Of a stretch of 64,000 bases of DNA, positions 1 to 13,170 are shown piece by piece. Numbering within the stretch: position 1 is the stretch's first letter; each line of letters starts with the position of its first letter. The notes under the pieces are model-generated. The model was not told the DNA's origin. It searched no databases and was given only the letters and a program-made list of their open reading frames with translations. The position numbers were made by a program, and so were the translations under genes. The DNA is from Paragordius varius (taxonomy: Eukaryota > Animalia > Nematomorpha): assembly GCA_964247055.1 (NCBI GenBank), contig OZ176055.1, positions 1,488,001 through 1,552,000 on the forward strand, given 5' to 3'.

Positions 1-1079
1 TTTTGGCGTTTGTGTCCTGATTATCGATTTGGTTTGTATTATTTTCCAATGTATCCAACATGGTTTTAAGCCTTTTTTTGTTGGGTTGTATTATTTCACC
101 TTTAGTGTTTGAGATACGGTGTTTAGAATTTCGATATTTAACATCTGTTTCCTTCCTATGATTACTACATTGTTGATCGTCATCTTGATATGCGTACTTT
201 CCAGAGTCAAAATTATTCGTATTGGAAGTTGAAAGGAGGTTTTTGTGTGAATTTGGGTCTGAATTGTTCGTTGCAGAAGGGGATAATATTGAATTATTCC
301 GGCATTTTACACTTTCAATATTATTATTGTTGCTGATATAAGGAACGTTTCCATAACGTTGAAGGGAAGAGATAACATCATAATCGTAAAGAAATGCCGC
401 GGGCGAGGTATGATTTCCAATGTTGGGATGAGGGGCAGTATGATGGCCTGCATGATAAAACCCCAACATTGGATGGTAATATGGTGTTGCTGGATTAAAT
501 GCATGTGAATTGAAATCAAACGGGGCCGGAGTTTGTACTTCATTATGGCTTTTATCATAAATGTTTTCGTTATTTGTGATATTTTTCCCGTTTCCGTAAT
601 ATTTTGCACCATCATTTTTATTATGGTCAACTGGTAGTACGTTTGATTGTTGGGTATCATCTGTAGAGGTCATTGTGGGAACTCCTAAAGCTGATGAGTG
701 TAAATGATGTGCCATATATGGTGGAAAATCATAGTAATACATATTTGAAGGGAGTTTTCCTCCCTTAAATGATTGTTGATTTTGTCCACTCGTTGAATGT
801 AAGGTAGATTGTGGTACTAGCGTATTGCTGCCTAGTTCTTTTTTGCTTTGTTGGTAGGGCTCTGCGGCTAATTGACTTTGGGTATATTGGTGGTCTTTTC
901 CTGTACCCATAAACATATTGTAAGGACTGAAAGCGGCATAATGTATGTTATTCAGCAACATTGAATGCGGATGGGGATATGAGGTATATTGATGATTCAT
1001 ATAAGAAAGTGGGTTGGGCATTTCAGAATTAGCTGTATGCTCTTTATTCTCATATCCTAATGAGGTTTGGGTGTTTTCC
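1..1079 (-). CDS. Pax6: Pax6 C-terminal exon, open to the window edge (N/H/S/Y/P-rich)
   Basis: T-rich acceptor ttttatag|G GAA AAC; I translated 359 codons without a stop (ENTQTSLGY...[28 protein letters not shown]), which is unlikely by chance in this AT-rich DNA. Confidence 0.85.
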
Positions 1080-4000
1080 CTATAAAATTATAAAAAACTG
1101 TATCTTGGTTCCATTATGTATGATCAATTATATCTAATTGTATAAAACTTCCTAACTTTGGTTTAATTTATTAAAAATATAGCTATAAAAGTTATAATGA
1201 AATATTTATTAAACCTGTCACCCTTGTAATATTTATGAGGTGTGGTATTTGGATTTTCATCATTATAATTTGTATTGTGTGTGTTATTGTGCCCATTGTT
1301 TTTTGGTAGCTTAAGTTGGTTATCGGAAGAAACGCTAAAATCTATCAAAGGAATGGGGGAAACCTTTAGGCATTCGTTATTATTCAGCGGTATATCCTCT
1401 GTAGAAAAGGGTTCATTCTGAGTTCTTAGTTTATCTTCCCGACGCCATTTCGCCCTTCTGTTGGAAAACCAAACCTGTATCAATGTGTCATGCAATTATT
1501 TTTATATTATATTAATAAAACCCCATAAATTTATGGAGCATATAGGGAAAAATGCAAAAAATAGGACTTTTTAAAATTTATAAAATAACTAAAAGTAACA
1601 ATGATTAATTTTCCTAAAAATGTGGTTATGTAGTATCAATGAAGCTTATGATATATAGCTTTTTATAGCTTAAGCTATAGTTAGATAAAACTTATATTGG
1701 TAAACTAACCTGGATTCTTGCTTCGGGTAGATCGATTAATCCTGAAAGTTTCTCGCGAGCAAACACATCCGGATAATGTGTGCGCTCAAATTCTAAATAT
1801 GCATAAACAACGGTATTGTAAAGCCAACCTCAATTTGTTTTCACAGTCAGTAATAAAATGTTTTAAGGTCAATGTTATCCTAATTTTTAAAGGGTGTTCC
1901 CTTTACAAGAGGTTACAGATTGTATTGTATGAAATAACTCAATCTTTCGTCTGCCGAGGGCTGACAGTGATGAAAAGGTGCAATTTAACCGAAGTAACAC
2001 ACTCCAACGCATATATTCAAGTCCCACCCCTAAGCATTATCATCATCTAATTATATAATGTTTAACCATTACACATTTTCATATTCTAAATAAATAGGTT
2101 ATCATAATTATTAAGGTACATAAAAATAACTTTCCACATTTTTCATAGTGAGAGACAAAAAACATACAAAATATATAATGATGATATAATTATAAAGTTT
2201 ATGGAAAAAATTGTCATTAAAGTGAATTACTCATGCGCAAAGCGCAAAAAATTAATTATGCACACTCACTCACACACCTACGTATTCTAAGTGATATATT
2301 ATGCAAAATATTTTTACAGTAGAGTATGGTTATAATTACCTTTCGTAATTTAAATATTTTCCCTTAAATTTCACAATAACTTCTTTATTTCATTGCAATT
2401 AAACATTTTTAATTTATCCATACGCTACTGGAGACAATATGAGAAAAAAGCAAAAGCAAAATTAGATATAAAATATGTACCAGTTTCGAGTGCCGCGATT
2501 TGTTCATTAGTGAACGAGGTGCGGTTCCTTTGAAGTTTTCGTTTGAGTCTAAGCCGATCCTCAGTCGCAATGGAAGAATTACATTCATCACTGCATTGAG
2601 GTGTTTGTCGATTCAGAGTTTGATCTTGATTTAAATTATTATTGGTATTAGAACAGGTAGTATATTTATCATTTGCAATCACTTTGTCCTCATCATGGTA
2701 ATTTTTTACCACGAATTTTGCGTTGATAGGACAATGAGGTGAGTCGAAATTTAAGGCAGCGTTGTTGACATCAATTCTGTCGTGATGTTGGGTTTGTAAT
2801 GTGGGTTCTAAAGTAGGTGCATTTTTTGTTTTGGAATTTGTGTTGTCAATGTCACCAAAAGCTATATTTTCATTGGGATTATTGCTGACGGGAGCGAAAT
2901 CTTTTGGTTGAGTTCTGGTCCCATTGGCTGTTTTGTGCTTGTTTTCTATTTCTATTTTGATAATTATGTTTTCATATTAATAACATCAATGAGCTAACAC
3001 TTGGACATTTTTGAAATATCAGTGTTTTGAAATTAATTGGAGTAAGAGGATAACTAATTAAGTAAAAAGGGTGTTAACTGATTTCCTTATAAATCTAGTT
3101 CAAGCAAAATAACCTGATTTGTAAAAGGAGGTACAATCTAATCAAAACATTATTAAGTTTTTTACGATTTCTCACCCTATAGCCTGATTGATATAATTGG
3201 CCATAGTTAAATTAGTTTTAGTTCAACATAAAATTGACGAATTAAATTGTGATGTAAAATTAATCGATCAAAAAAATGTGACTGCATTCACTAGTCGATA
3301 AGTGTATGTGTATATGATCAACTGAGTTGTGTGTAGGTTTTTGTATATATTGATTCTGGAAAGTTGATTTGGTATATAAACTTTGAATTATAACGCTGGA
3401 CAAAAGTGCTGTTGGTTGATTAAGTACAAAAGTACATTAAATGTGTTGTTTATTCCTCTTAGTATTAAGATTTTTAGCGTCGGGGGAGAAAAATTCCGCT
3501 TATAAAGTTTCTATCTTTTAGTTTAAAAAGTAATTCTCCTTACAACAATTATTTCTGGCTAAAAACTACCCTTTATATTAATTACAAAAACACAAAAATC
3601 ATGCGCGCCTTTAAATTAATTTAACAGAGAAAGGCTTTCGGAATTCGAGTGGAACGTTTCGTTTTGATTTTATATAAAGATAAGCATTTTTATTATTATA
3701 TAGGATAGCTTTTGTTTTTTATTGGTTTTCAAAACAATAACTTTAACTAGTGTAGTCTAAAATTTAATTAATTTTTTTTAAAAAATAACCCTATCTCTGA
3801 CGATTATCTAAAATAACTGATCATAAAATTATGTAAACTATAAATATTAACAGTAGGTCTTTTAAAAATATGGCTGGCAAAAATATAAATTAATAAAATA
3901 AAGTAATGAGTTTTCCCATTGTAAACAAATATAAAATGTAATTTAATTTACAAAACAAAATCATTATTTCTACTATCACAAAATCAAAAAAATAGAGTTT

Positions 4001-7000
4001 ACTCATCCAGAAAAAAGAAAAACTTTTTCTAACTTTTAGATAAAATTCAAACGCTTTAACAAGGTTTTTTGTTTAATGTTGGACGCACAAAATTATTTGT
4101 TATAAAATTTTTACAACTAAAATTTTTTTGACATAAAACTAAATTTAAGATTTGATTCAATTGTTATTACCTTATACACCTTATTTTTTGTTACAATAGG
4201 AAAAAAGATAACACTAAATAAGGCGTCAAAAATCTTATATAATTTATCATAATATATATATAATTTAAAATATATGTTGTATAATACATATTATTGATTT
4301 CAATGTCACTCATTTTCATTTATCTATAAAAGAATATGTGTAAACTGCCTCTATTTTTTATAAATTATATTCAAAGAAGATGTCAATAAATTTTTTGGAT
4401 TCTATTGTTGTGGTTTTGATGTTAATTCTGTAAACCGAATCTTTCTTTTAATCTCACTTTTTAATCTAATAAATTGATCAATAGGGAAAGAATACTCATA
4501 TTAGGTAATTATACCTGTAACATCAAAACTACTATGAAAAGGTCAGTTTTGATAAAATTTTTAAGATAAAAAAGAAACAATATTGCATACAAATCTACAC
4601 AGATAATAGCAAGGGATTATCATACGTTTGACTCTGACTTTGATTATGAGAGAAAGTATTTGTAATATCTAACCTTGGTTAATTTTTTATGGCAACAAAA
4701 ATAACTTTCATTCTCACCACAAATATAGTTACCTAACTTAAGAAAATAATTAAATCTAGATAAAAAATTAAAAGTAATTTTTATTTTTTTATCAAATATA
4801 ATAATGTCAAATAGCTAATACCTTTCAAATTTTGATGTGGTGTAGTACCCAGGTATTTACTTTGTGTCATTTGTGCTAGACATTGAATTGGTTCTATTTC
4901 TACGTTTGTGGAAATTGTGGATGATAAATTGAAGCTTTGAATAACATCAAACGGTTCTCCTGCAGATAATTTTTCGGTAAATCTGTTTTCATTTTTAGTA
5001 ATGTCATCATGCTTGTTATAAGATTGTAATGATAAATTTTGAACACCAACAGCTGGATGTTTTGAGTGAGATTCTAGTTTTGTATTACCGCTCACTTTTT
5101 TAAAATCTATTAAAGTTTGTGACCCATTTAATGCTTGGTGGTGAGATGACCTTTCAAACAACATTTCATTGGTTCCATGATGCTGATAATTACTTGGATG
5201 TAATTGATATCGACTATATTCATGTATGTATTTATTTGTCACATAATCGGTTTGACTATGATGGGATGTCGGGTCGAACGGTGTTGGTCTTTCAAGCATA
5301 TCAAATGGAGGAGATGAGGAATTAAAATATTCCGCTTGATTTTGATTAAATGCCATTTTTAAATTTTGTTCCTGTAAAACCATATTGTCGTTTTGGGTAT
5401 TATTATTATAATTAGTGTTAGTGTTATAATTGTTTGGAGTATTTGACGCATGTGTTCCATTAGGTATGATATTCTCCAAGGGTAAAGGTTGGTATTCAAG
5501 TGTTCCATTTTCACGAGATGATAAATTACGTAGGACACGATTAATTGATGAAACCTATTTTATATGGAAAAAAATTTCATTTCTCTTGAGAATTTTCGAA
5601 ATATGGATGGGTTCTAAAAAAAGTAGTACAACACTTGGTAAAAATGGTAAATATTCTTATGTTAACCACAAATATTGTTATATATATATATATATATATA
5701 ATGATTAACGTACGCTAGGAATATTTTCACTATTGCATATCCGTTCAGTCAACAATCTATCTCTAATTTCCCAGGCAAAGATTGAAGGACATTCCTGCTT
5801 AAATTTTGCAATGTGTTCGACTACTGTGCTGGTGGCGACACGCGGTTTACTTCCTCCTATAGCTCTGGGCCGGATAGAACCCGTTTCATAATATCGACCC
5901 AAGATTTTACTTACGCACCCGTTTGAGACCTAAATAATATTAAGAATATATAACTCTTGAACCATTAGCTCCGATTGAGGAGGTAGGAACAAAATTTATT
6001 TACCAGTAATATTAATCTATAACTATTGAATGGCGCTAAAAAATGGAAGGCAAGAGGGAATCACTCCTATAGACAGTATTATACAAAGATTTTTATATTT
6101 TATAAAAATTTTATAATTATTTTCAAGCTATTAAATAATGCCAAATGATATATAGTGTGGGAATACATCCCGAGGCATATTAATACTATATTTCAAAGTT
6201 ATTAAAAGGGTATTTTTGTTCTGAAATGCACATGATAGTTCCACCAATGTAAGGTTCTTATCAAATTTTTGCCAATACGTCTATTTATGAGTTTTTCAAT
6301 GTGTATATGTTAATTTTTGTTTCTTAATATTTAAGTTTTCTGGAAAACAGAAGATAAAAGAAGAAAGACAAACTTGTAAAATTCTGCTAATATCACATGG
6401 TCGAGCTCCCGAATGAGCCAACTCTATAATTTTTTGACGGGTTGAATCAGGCAAGGGGCGACCGTTCACGAAAATACCACCCAATTGATTTATCCCACTG
6501 TGCCCTTGATATATAATATAATATAAAGATATGTATATAAAAAGCGTGCCTATTTTTTAAGGGTCAGAAGTGTAGTTTTTTTTATAGGAAGAAAACTACA
6601 TGCTCTTAAAAGTTAATAAATGGCGATTAAATTGCAAAATAACAGTTTCGAAAACGGATCACAATTAGTGAACAATTTTTGTTATCGAAAAATTTAGAAA
6701 TGGCTATTTCGAAATGATGTTGTTTAATATTAATTCGGGTTGTGCTGAAACCAAACATTGGAAAAAAATATGCAACATAACCTATACCCAAGGTAGCTGA
6801 AATCAGATTGGTTAGAAGCAAAAAGAAAGAATTTAAATTTGCAAACAAATTATCCAACCGTGCATGATAGCTAAATAATGCATTCCACTGTCGTTTTTTT
6901 GGCAAACTGGTTTAAAGTTTAAAATTCATTTATAAGCTTAGAACATAAAAAATGATTTTAGTTTAAATATTATAAATAAAAATCTAAATTTAGACAACTA

Positions 7001-7088
7001 TTTACCACCATATTGTATCAATGTTTTAAATATTAGCAGAGATAAATGATAAAACAATTGAAAACCTAATATATTTTACAACCTACAC

Positions 7089-7147
<59 letters not shown>

Positions 7148-7178
7148 TTTTGATAAGAGTAAAACCTTTGTGAGGCAT
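1..7178 (-). CDS. Pax6: Pax6 (paired domain + homeodomain transcription factor), spliced, 3'-partial: join complement(7166-7178, 6374-6504, 5714-5929, 4822-5554, 2481-2951, 1710-1792, 1215-1474, <1-1079), >995 aa
   Basis: Manual translation with GT-AG introns and compatible phases gives [14 protein letters not shown]...[14 protein letters not shown]...[10 protein letters not shown] (paired domain with Pax6-diagnostic I42/Q44/N47), then [15 protein letters not shown]...[11 protein letters not shown] (S50 paired-class homeodomain). No stop before the window edge. Confidence 0.96.
1215..1474 (-). CDS. Pax6: Pax6 exon: homeodomain helix 3 and start of C-terminal region
   Basis: acag|[17 protein letters not shown]...; donor GAC AG|GTTTAA (phase 2), alternative donor after 1222. 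Confidence 0.88.
1710..1792 (-). CDS. Pax6: Pax6 homeobox exon (83 nt)
   Basis: ttag|AA TTT GAG CGC...ATC CAG|GTTAGT = [28 protein letters not shown]; same size as human exon 9. Absent from the ORF track. Confidence 0.97.
2481..2951 (-). CDS. Pax6: Pax6 exon: linker plus homeodomain helix 1 (471 nt)
   Basis: Open frame ending [26 protein letters not shown]|GTACAT; phase-1 acceptor at 2951 (alternative 2945); in-frame TAA lies just upstream of the acceptor. Confidence 0.9.
4822..5554 (-). CDS. Pax6: Pax6 exon: end of paired domain plus long linker (733 nt)
   Basis: atag|[11 protein letters not shown]..., open for 244 codons; donor AAA G|GTATTA (phase 1). Confidence 0.88.
5714..5929 (-). CDS. 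Pax6: Pax6 paired-box exon (216 nt)
   Basis: ttag|GTC TCA AAC ... CCT AGC|GTACGT = [18 protein letters not shown]...SENIPS; same size as human exon 6. Confidence 0.97.
6374..6504 (-). CDS. Pax6: Pax6 paired-box exon, N-terminal subdomain (131 nt)
   Basis: caag|GG CAC AGT ... TTA CAA|GTTTGT = [44 protein letters not shown]; same size as human PAX6 exon 5. Confidence 0.97.
7092..7143. repeat. (TA)n microsatellite in Pax6 intron 1; similar tracts at 5679-5702, 9040-9086, 9816-9879, 10572-10601
   Basis: Direct reading. Confidence 0.95.
7166..7178 (-). CDS. Pax6: Pax6 initiator exon, coding part (MPHK+G, phase-1 donor)
   Basis: ATG CCT CAC AAA G|GTTTTA; phase 1 matches the acceptor at 6504 and gives MPHKGHSG. 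Confidence 0.75.
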
Positions 7179-9036
7179 TCGATTAAACATAGTTTGGCGA
7201 CATAATTGGTGACATAGTTGGCTATTGTATGCTCAAAAGATGGGTTATTTCCGTGCACGGATAACCTTAAATCAAAATATATTCTCCTAAATTTATGGTT
7301 TGTTTGAGCTATAAATTTATGAATTTCAAAACACACATTACATATTATTAAAATTGGAACACTTTTGACTTGTCAAATTACTACAATATGGTATGTATTT
7401 ATGACTAATATATATTTAGTAAAACAATTTAGTTATTAACCTATAAAATGATTATGATGTGATGATTATATCTAAAAAAATTCTGCCCTAAAAGCTAAAA
7501 AAACTCATTCGCTAAAAATCCATTTAATAAAGTTTTTTTAAAAAATAATAGTTTAAAATTACCGCTAAAAATTCATTAAGATTTTATAAGAATTGTAAAT
7601 AGATTAGCACCTTATGACTTTTCAACTATTTAGTTACAGTGTTGGTCAAATAAAACATATTTTGAGGTTGAATAAATCATATATAGAAATTATCCATGAA
7701 GTTCTCAAACATTATTGTATTTCAAAATTTTACTGTTTCGGGATTAATTATTAATTAATTTAGATTTTGTCCCCATTTGTTTATGGGGCTGGTATTTCCA
7801 CAGTTTTTTTTGTGAAGGAAACCTATAGTATGGTGCAGAATACGTTACGTTACGTTTGGTACGTAAGTATTTATGGTATGGTTGGTTAAATTAGGCTAAT
7901 ACTTTCTCCTTGCGATTGATTAGCTTCGTAATCCTTTTTCCATTTCGTTTTTCCTTTCGAATTAATTCGAATTTTCTGCATAATGGAGCGAAAACCATTT
8001 TAACATTATAATAGCTTGATTATATAGATATAGATATATGTATATGTATGATTGGATATATGGATGGCAATTGCAATAATTTTTAATTCTTAATCTTTCG
8101 ATAAAATAATAATAAACAAAATATTGTATAAAATAATTATTTTATTTTTTCATTTCTCAAGTTGGGAATAATAAGTCCTAATATTGTGAAGATAGAAGTG
8201 ATTTAGCAACTAAAACACAAAAGATAGATAGAAACAAATATAAATAGTATATATATGTGTGCTTAGTCAAATGTCAATAATAAAAAAGATGACTTAATAT
8301 TTTTTATTTCTATATTTTTAATAACTATCATTTATATTTTTAAACATTATATTTAATAAAAGAATAAGGTTAAAATATATTTTTTACCAAAAAAATTATG
8401 TATATAAAATAATTTTTATAAAAACAACACATTCATTATTACCAATACTATAAAATAATTTTTCCTTTAACATTAAAAATGATTGACGTTTAAGTTTTAT
8501 TTACAAATATGAATTTTATGAATTTCGCTTTTAGACTTTTTTTTGATACTTATTAAAAGTTTTAATTTCTCCAAGGGTGTTAAAATTAAAAATTATGGTT
8601 CTAGTATTTAAACTTGTAGTTTTATAGTTTTAACTCATATTTTCAGCACATCAATAAACTACTATTTTAGCGCAAAACTCTACAAAATATTTATTATACA
8701 TATATTTTTATAGCAAAAATAAACTGTTTCCCCTTTTTGCATGATTGCTTTTCCAATTGATTAAAAATATTTTTTATCCTAACATTTCACATTAAGATTG
8801 TTCTACTATAAACAGAATAATATTTTTATTTAAAGATATTTATGTTAAAAATTTCCATCAGTTTAAATCTAAAATTCTACTACAAATTAGCCATCATTTT
8901 ATGTGATTTTTCTAACATTGTAATTCTTTTCTACAGTAATCTTTAAAATAGATATATAGTGACAAGTCAAGCGAAAAATTAATAGGCAAAATTAACTTTT
9001 TATATCTAACTATAGTAATTGGATTGGATTGGTTTG

Positions 9037-9094
<58 letters not shown>

Positions 9095-9812
9095 GAGGTC
9101 TTTAAGTATTCTATTTCTCAAAAATATTTCGTAGATCGATATTAGTTAATGCAGAAAAAATTTAGGATAAAGAAAATGTCTATAAAAATTTTTGTCATAA
9201 TTTTAAAATAAAGTTTCCTTCCGCTAAAGACACAATCACAGATTTTATGGTTCAGATAGTGCTTAATTAAGCTTAAACTTTGTTTTTTTTTTCCAAACGA
9301 TTTAAGTGCGGTTCTATGATTTATTATATAAATATACCTTATTTATATTAAATTTATATATATACATATAATATATTTTATAAAGATTAGATGAGTTATT
9401 TTAATTTTTTTCATTTATTAAAATATCATATTAAATCGATGCCCTTTGATCTATTCTGCTAACATTTAATAGTTTTGTAAAATTCTTTATAAATATATTC
9501 TTGGAGTCCTCATAACGCCCAGAAAATATAATGATTAACTTACAAGGTAAATTCATTATATTTGTCAAAGTTAATTTTAGGCATTTATAAATAAGCTTTT
9601 TAATTTAATATATTGCCTGATTTTAGCCGCTCATTTTCGTAGTATGATATACTATTTGTATGTATTTTGTATTGAGAATAATTTGAAATGACATATGGTT
9701 TATGGGATTATCAAAATTTTCTTGTTTTATATAAATATTTAATATCATTATTATCATTACCATTTTTATTATAAGTGCAAAAACGTGACCGGGTATATAT
9801 TACATAAAATTA

Positions 9813-9878
<66 letters not shown>

Positions 9879-10567
9879 ATAAATAAATATATATCTCTTT
9901 ATTTTCTTTAAATTAAGACACGCCCAATATTATTAGTTAATAAGACACCATATTAAATATATAAATTATCTAATTAAATATATCTTGTCAGTTTTATAAA
10001 GTTTTATTTAGACCTTTTTCAACCCCCAAATTATCAAATTTGTCATATTTTGAAAGAAAAAATTTTACTACTTCAATAATGTAAAATCTTACTATCTTAA
10101 TATATCCTTACACTATTTCATAAACATCTTTTTGCCATGGAATAAAAACCTTTGGTGGATAGATATGCATTTATAATAGTTTAAATATATTATTTTTATT
10201 ATTTATGATAATATATAAAATAAGCAGTTAACAAGGTATCATTTACTTTATTTTTTATTTTATGTTTGGTCGCTTAAGTAGCAGACTCAGTGGGTATTCT
10301 TTAGCATTTATGTTGACATTTTTAGTATTTACGTCTTTGCATATACGATTGTTTAGAAAATTATATTTAATACTATATCATTTATTGTTAGATTTTGAAA
10401 AGCGATCCACAAACTAATAAAGCAAAAACTCCAACCTGTCTTTCTAAATATCTGACAAAGAAGACATTTATTGCCCTCTGTAAAATAATTTTGTCACCAT
10501 TAAATTTTTTTATGTTAAATAATCAATCTCTCGATATAGTAACATTTGTGCGACACACTTTAAATAA

Positions 10568-10603
<36 letters not shown>

Positions 10604-12616
10604 TATAAGCTATTTTGCAAAATATCCCTAATTTGTTGTTTCCTTTCCAGTCCTCAGATTTTTAATTTGCTATATATATGTGAGTTTGACTCTTTATGGT
10701 CTATGTAATTCAGTACATACATAAATTTATACATTTTATTAAACATTAAATAAAATATATTTTTTCTTAATCATCCTAGAAATTACCCCATTATTTAATA
10801 ATTTAGAGATTAGCATTTTGTATAATTAGTTAGCTAAGACGACACCAGCCAATAAAAATATATAGAAATGACTCTAAAACACATTAAATCACAATTTTGT
10901 GACATTTCAAGAAAAATGTATACTTATAGACAGAGATTATAAATAACGGAATGATATAACATATGCAATCATTACATATAAATTTTGATCAATAATTACC
11001 AATTTAAACATATATTAATTTTTTTTGATTAAAATATATAATATGGCAATTGACAAAACAGTAAGGTATGGAAAAAACAACAAAATGTTGATTAAACAAT
11101 TATTTTCTCTTTTTTTCTATACACTAAAATTGCCCTACTTTAGTGCTAAATAAGCAACCATTAAAATGCATATAGTTTATAATATAGATTCTTGACTAAA
11201 TAATATGTTTCGCTTCCCAATAAACAATGTCAATCAGTCGTTTTTTATCATTTTCCAAATTATTAATTTCAATACATTTCGACACTTCTATTAATATATA
11301 TGCTTAAAATTGTTTAAATATTAAATCATGAATTTTTAAGTGAGTATGCAATGTAAATGCACATTTTTATATATTAAATATAAAAATGGTTTAAATTTTT
11401 TTGAATATACAAAAAAATTTTTGGGGACACTCTGTCTGATAAGTTTTTTTTGCGTTTTATGACCTCTTCTTTTTATATTTTAATTTATTTTTCGGAGCAA
11501 AAATATATAATTGTTAGGTTTTTTTTCTTAAAAATATAATTACTTTTTGTTATTATAAGGTATATATAATTATAGGTACTTTTACTACAAATAAAGTTTT
11601 TTGACATGTGAAAATTGCACATCTTAAGGTGTATATTTTTAAGTTTTTGTCATAAAAATATAATTATCTATTTTTTTTGTTCTATCATATTTTTATATTA
11701 TTTAATAAATTTTTGGCGAAATCCAAACACACAAAAAACCAGTAATTAAATAACAAGAAACCTAATTATTTTTTGGAAATATTTTTATATAGAAATTATT
11801 CGCAAGCATATGTTAGTAAAAAGATCCTTTGTGCACTCAATTACTCGATAACTTATTATTTTTCAATAATAACTATTAACAGGCAAATACTATTTAAAAG
11901 AGCATTATTTTTTAAGCTTAGTTTAGTTAACCTGAGCAATTTAAATTCTTTCGTTAATATTTATTGATTTTAAAATCAGATCTTTGATTTAATCGCGTTC
12001 GTTTAGTAGTTTCAATTGTTATACTTTAGATGTATTGATCTGCATTGAAAACAGTACTTTTTCACTAGATTAATCTTTGGAGACCCGAAAACGTAATTGC
12101 TTTTAAAACATGGAAAGTTAATTAAATAATTTTGAAAAAAAAATTAAAAAATATTTAAAACTGGTTATGTAACATATATTGTATATCAATAAAATAATTC
12201 ATCTCAAAAATTTGTATAATACACAATATATCGTTGCAAGTGTTTATACGTGACCGGTCGTTTATTAGGGTTGTCTTGAAAAATTTTAATTCTGTATTCT
12301 TCAAATTTTTTTACTCGAGAGAGGATAAAATATTTATGAGATGTGTTGTCTAATATATTGGCTGCAACAGATTATATTATTGTAATTGAACCTTTTTAGG
12401 GGGGTAATTTGTCACTTTTTAGTGTCATGAAAATGTTAAAATTAGCATAAATTTTCTGATAAAACGCTAGTTAGAAGCTGTTTTAGCATACCTATCTCTA
12501 ACTAAATATATGCAATATGTTCTTATACTATTCAAGATACCTGCTTGAGTGCGCAATAGGGGGTAAAAAATATCATGGTATTAGTCTTGTTAATGTGTTT
12601 TTCATATCATGATTAA

Positions 12617-13170
12617 CACTTCGATTCAAATTGGGGTATCTAAATACCCCAGACTTAATTTAAATAGATATTTTAAAAAAACTACTGAAGAAAACGGTCC
12701 CAATTTAAATTTATGCTTCTATCCTGATAAATATTATATATATATGCCAAAATATCTTGATAAAATTTTGTTTTGAATAAAAAGCTCCATCTCAAACTAC
12801 TTCGACGCCATTTTTATTTTACAAAATTTTTGCAAAATATTGTCTTTATATAATTTTAAGGGTAAAACTAAAGCTAATTTTTTATATAAATTACATCTAA
12901 CATTGATAGAAATAGAAAAAGCGGTTTAGTTTGTATAATTTTTCAATTTTACAATTTGACACACGCCACGTTGACGAAATTTTTACCTTTCGGTTTTAGC
13001 TTAAAATAAGTAATATCAAGTATTTTTGAATAAATTTTTTTATATATTTCGGTTTATTAATGTTATATAAGTGCAAAATTTTGCCATGATGTCGATCCCT
13101 TCCATACTTTTTATGTATTTGATTTTAAACAGGCCTGGGGTATCCAACTACCCCAATTTGAATCGAAGGA
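12617..13170. mobile_element. Non-autonomous DNA transposon (MITE), piggyBac-like ends
   Basis: About 36-bp imperfect inverted repeats, CTTCGATTCAAATTGGGGTA..ATACCCCAG (12619-12652 and 13135-13168); flanks TTAA (12613-16) and CTAA (13171-74); no ORF. Confidence 0.6.

Noticed and set aside
307-660. 117-aa minus-strand ORF
   Set aside because: Off-frame shadow of the Pax6 terminal exon; the true frame is open across the whole region.
661-900. Apparent frameshifts in the Pax6 last exon on first reading
   Set aside because: Base-by-base retranslation showed a continuous frame; they were my transcription errors.
1718-2050. 110-aa plus-strand ORF (likewise 5119-5325 and 5430-5708)
   Set aside because: Antisense to Pax6 exons, TTG start, no recognisable domain.
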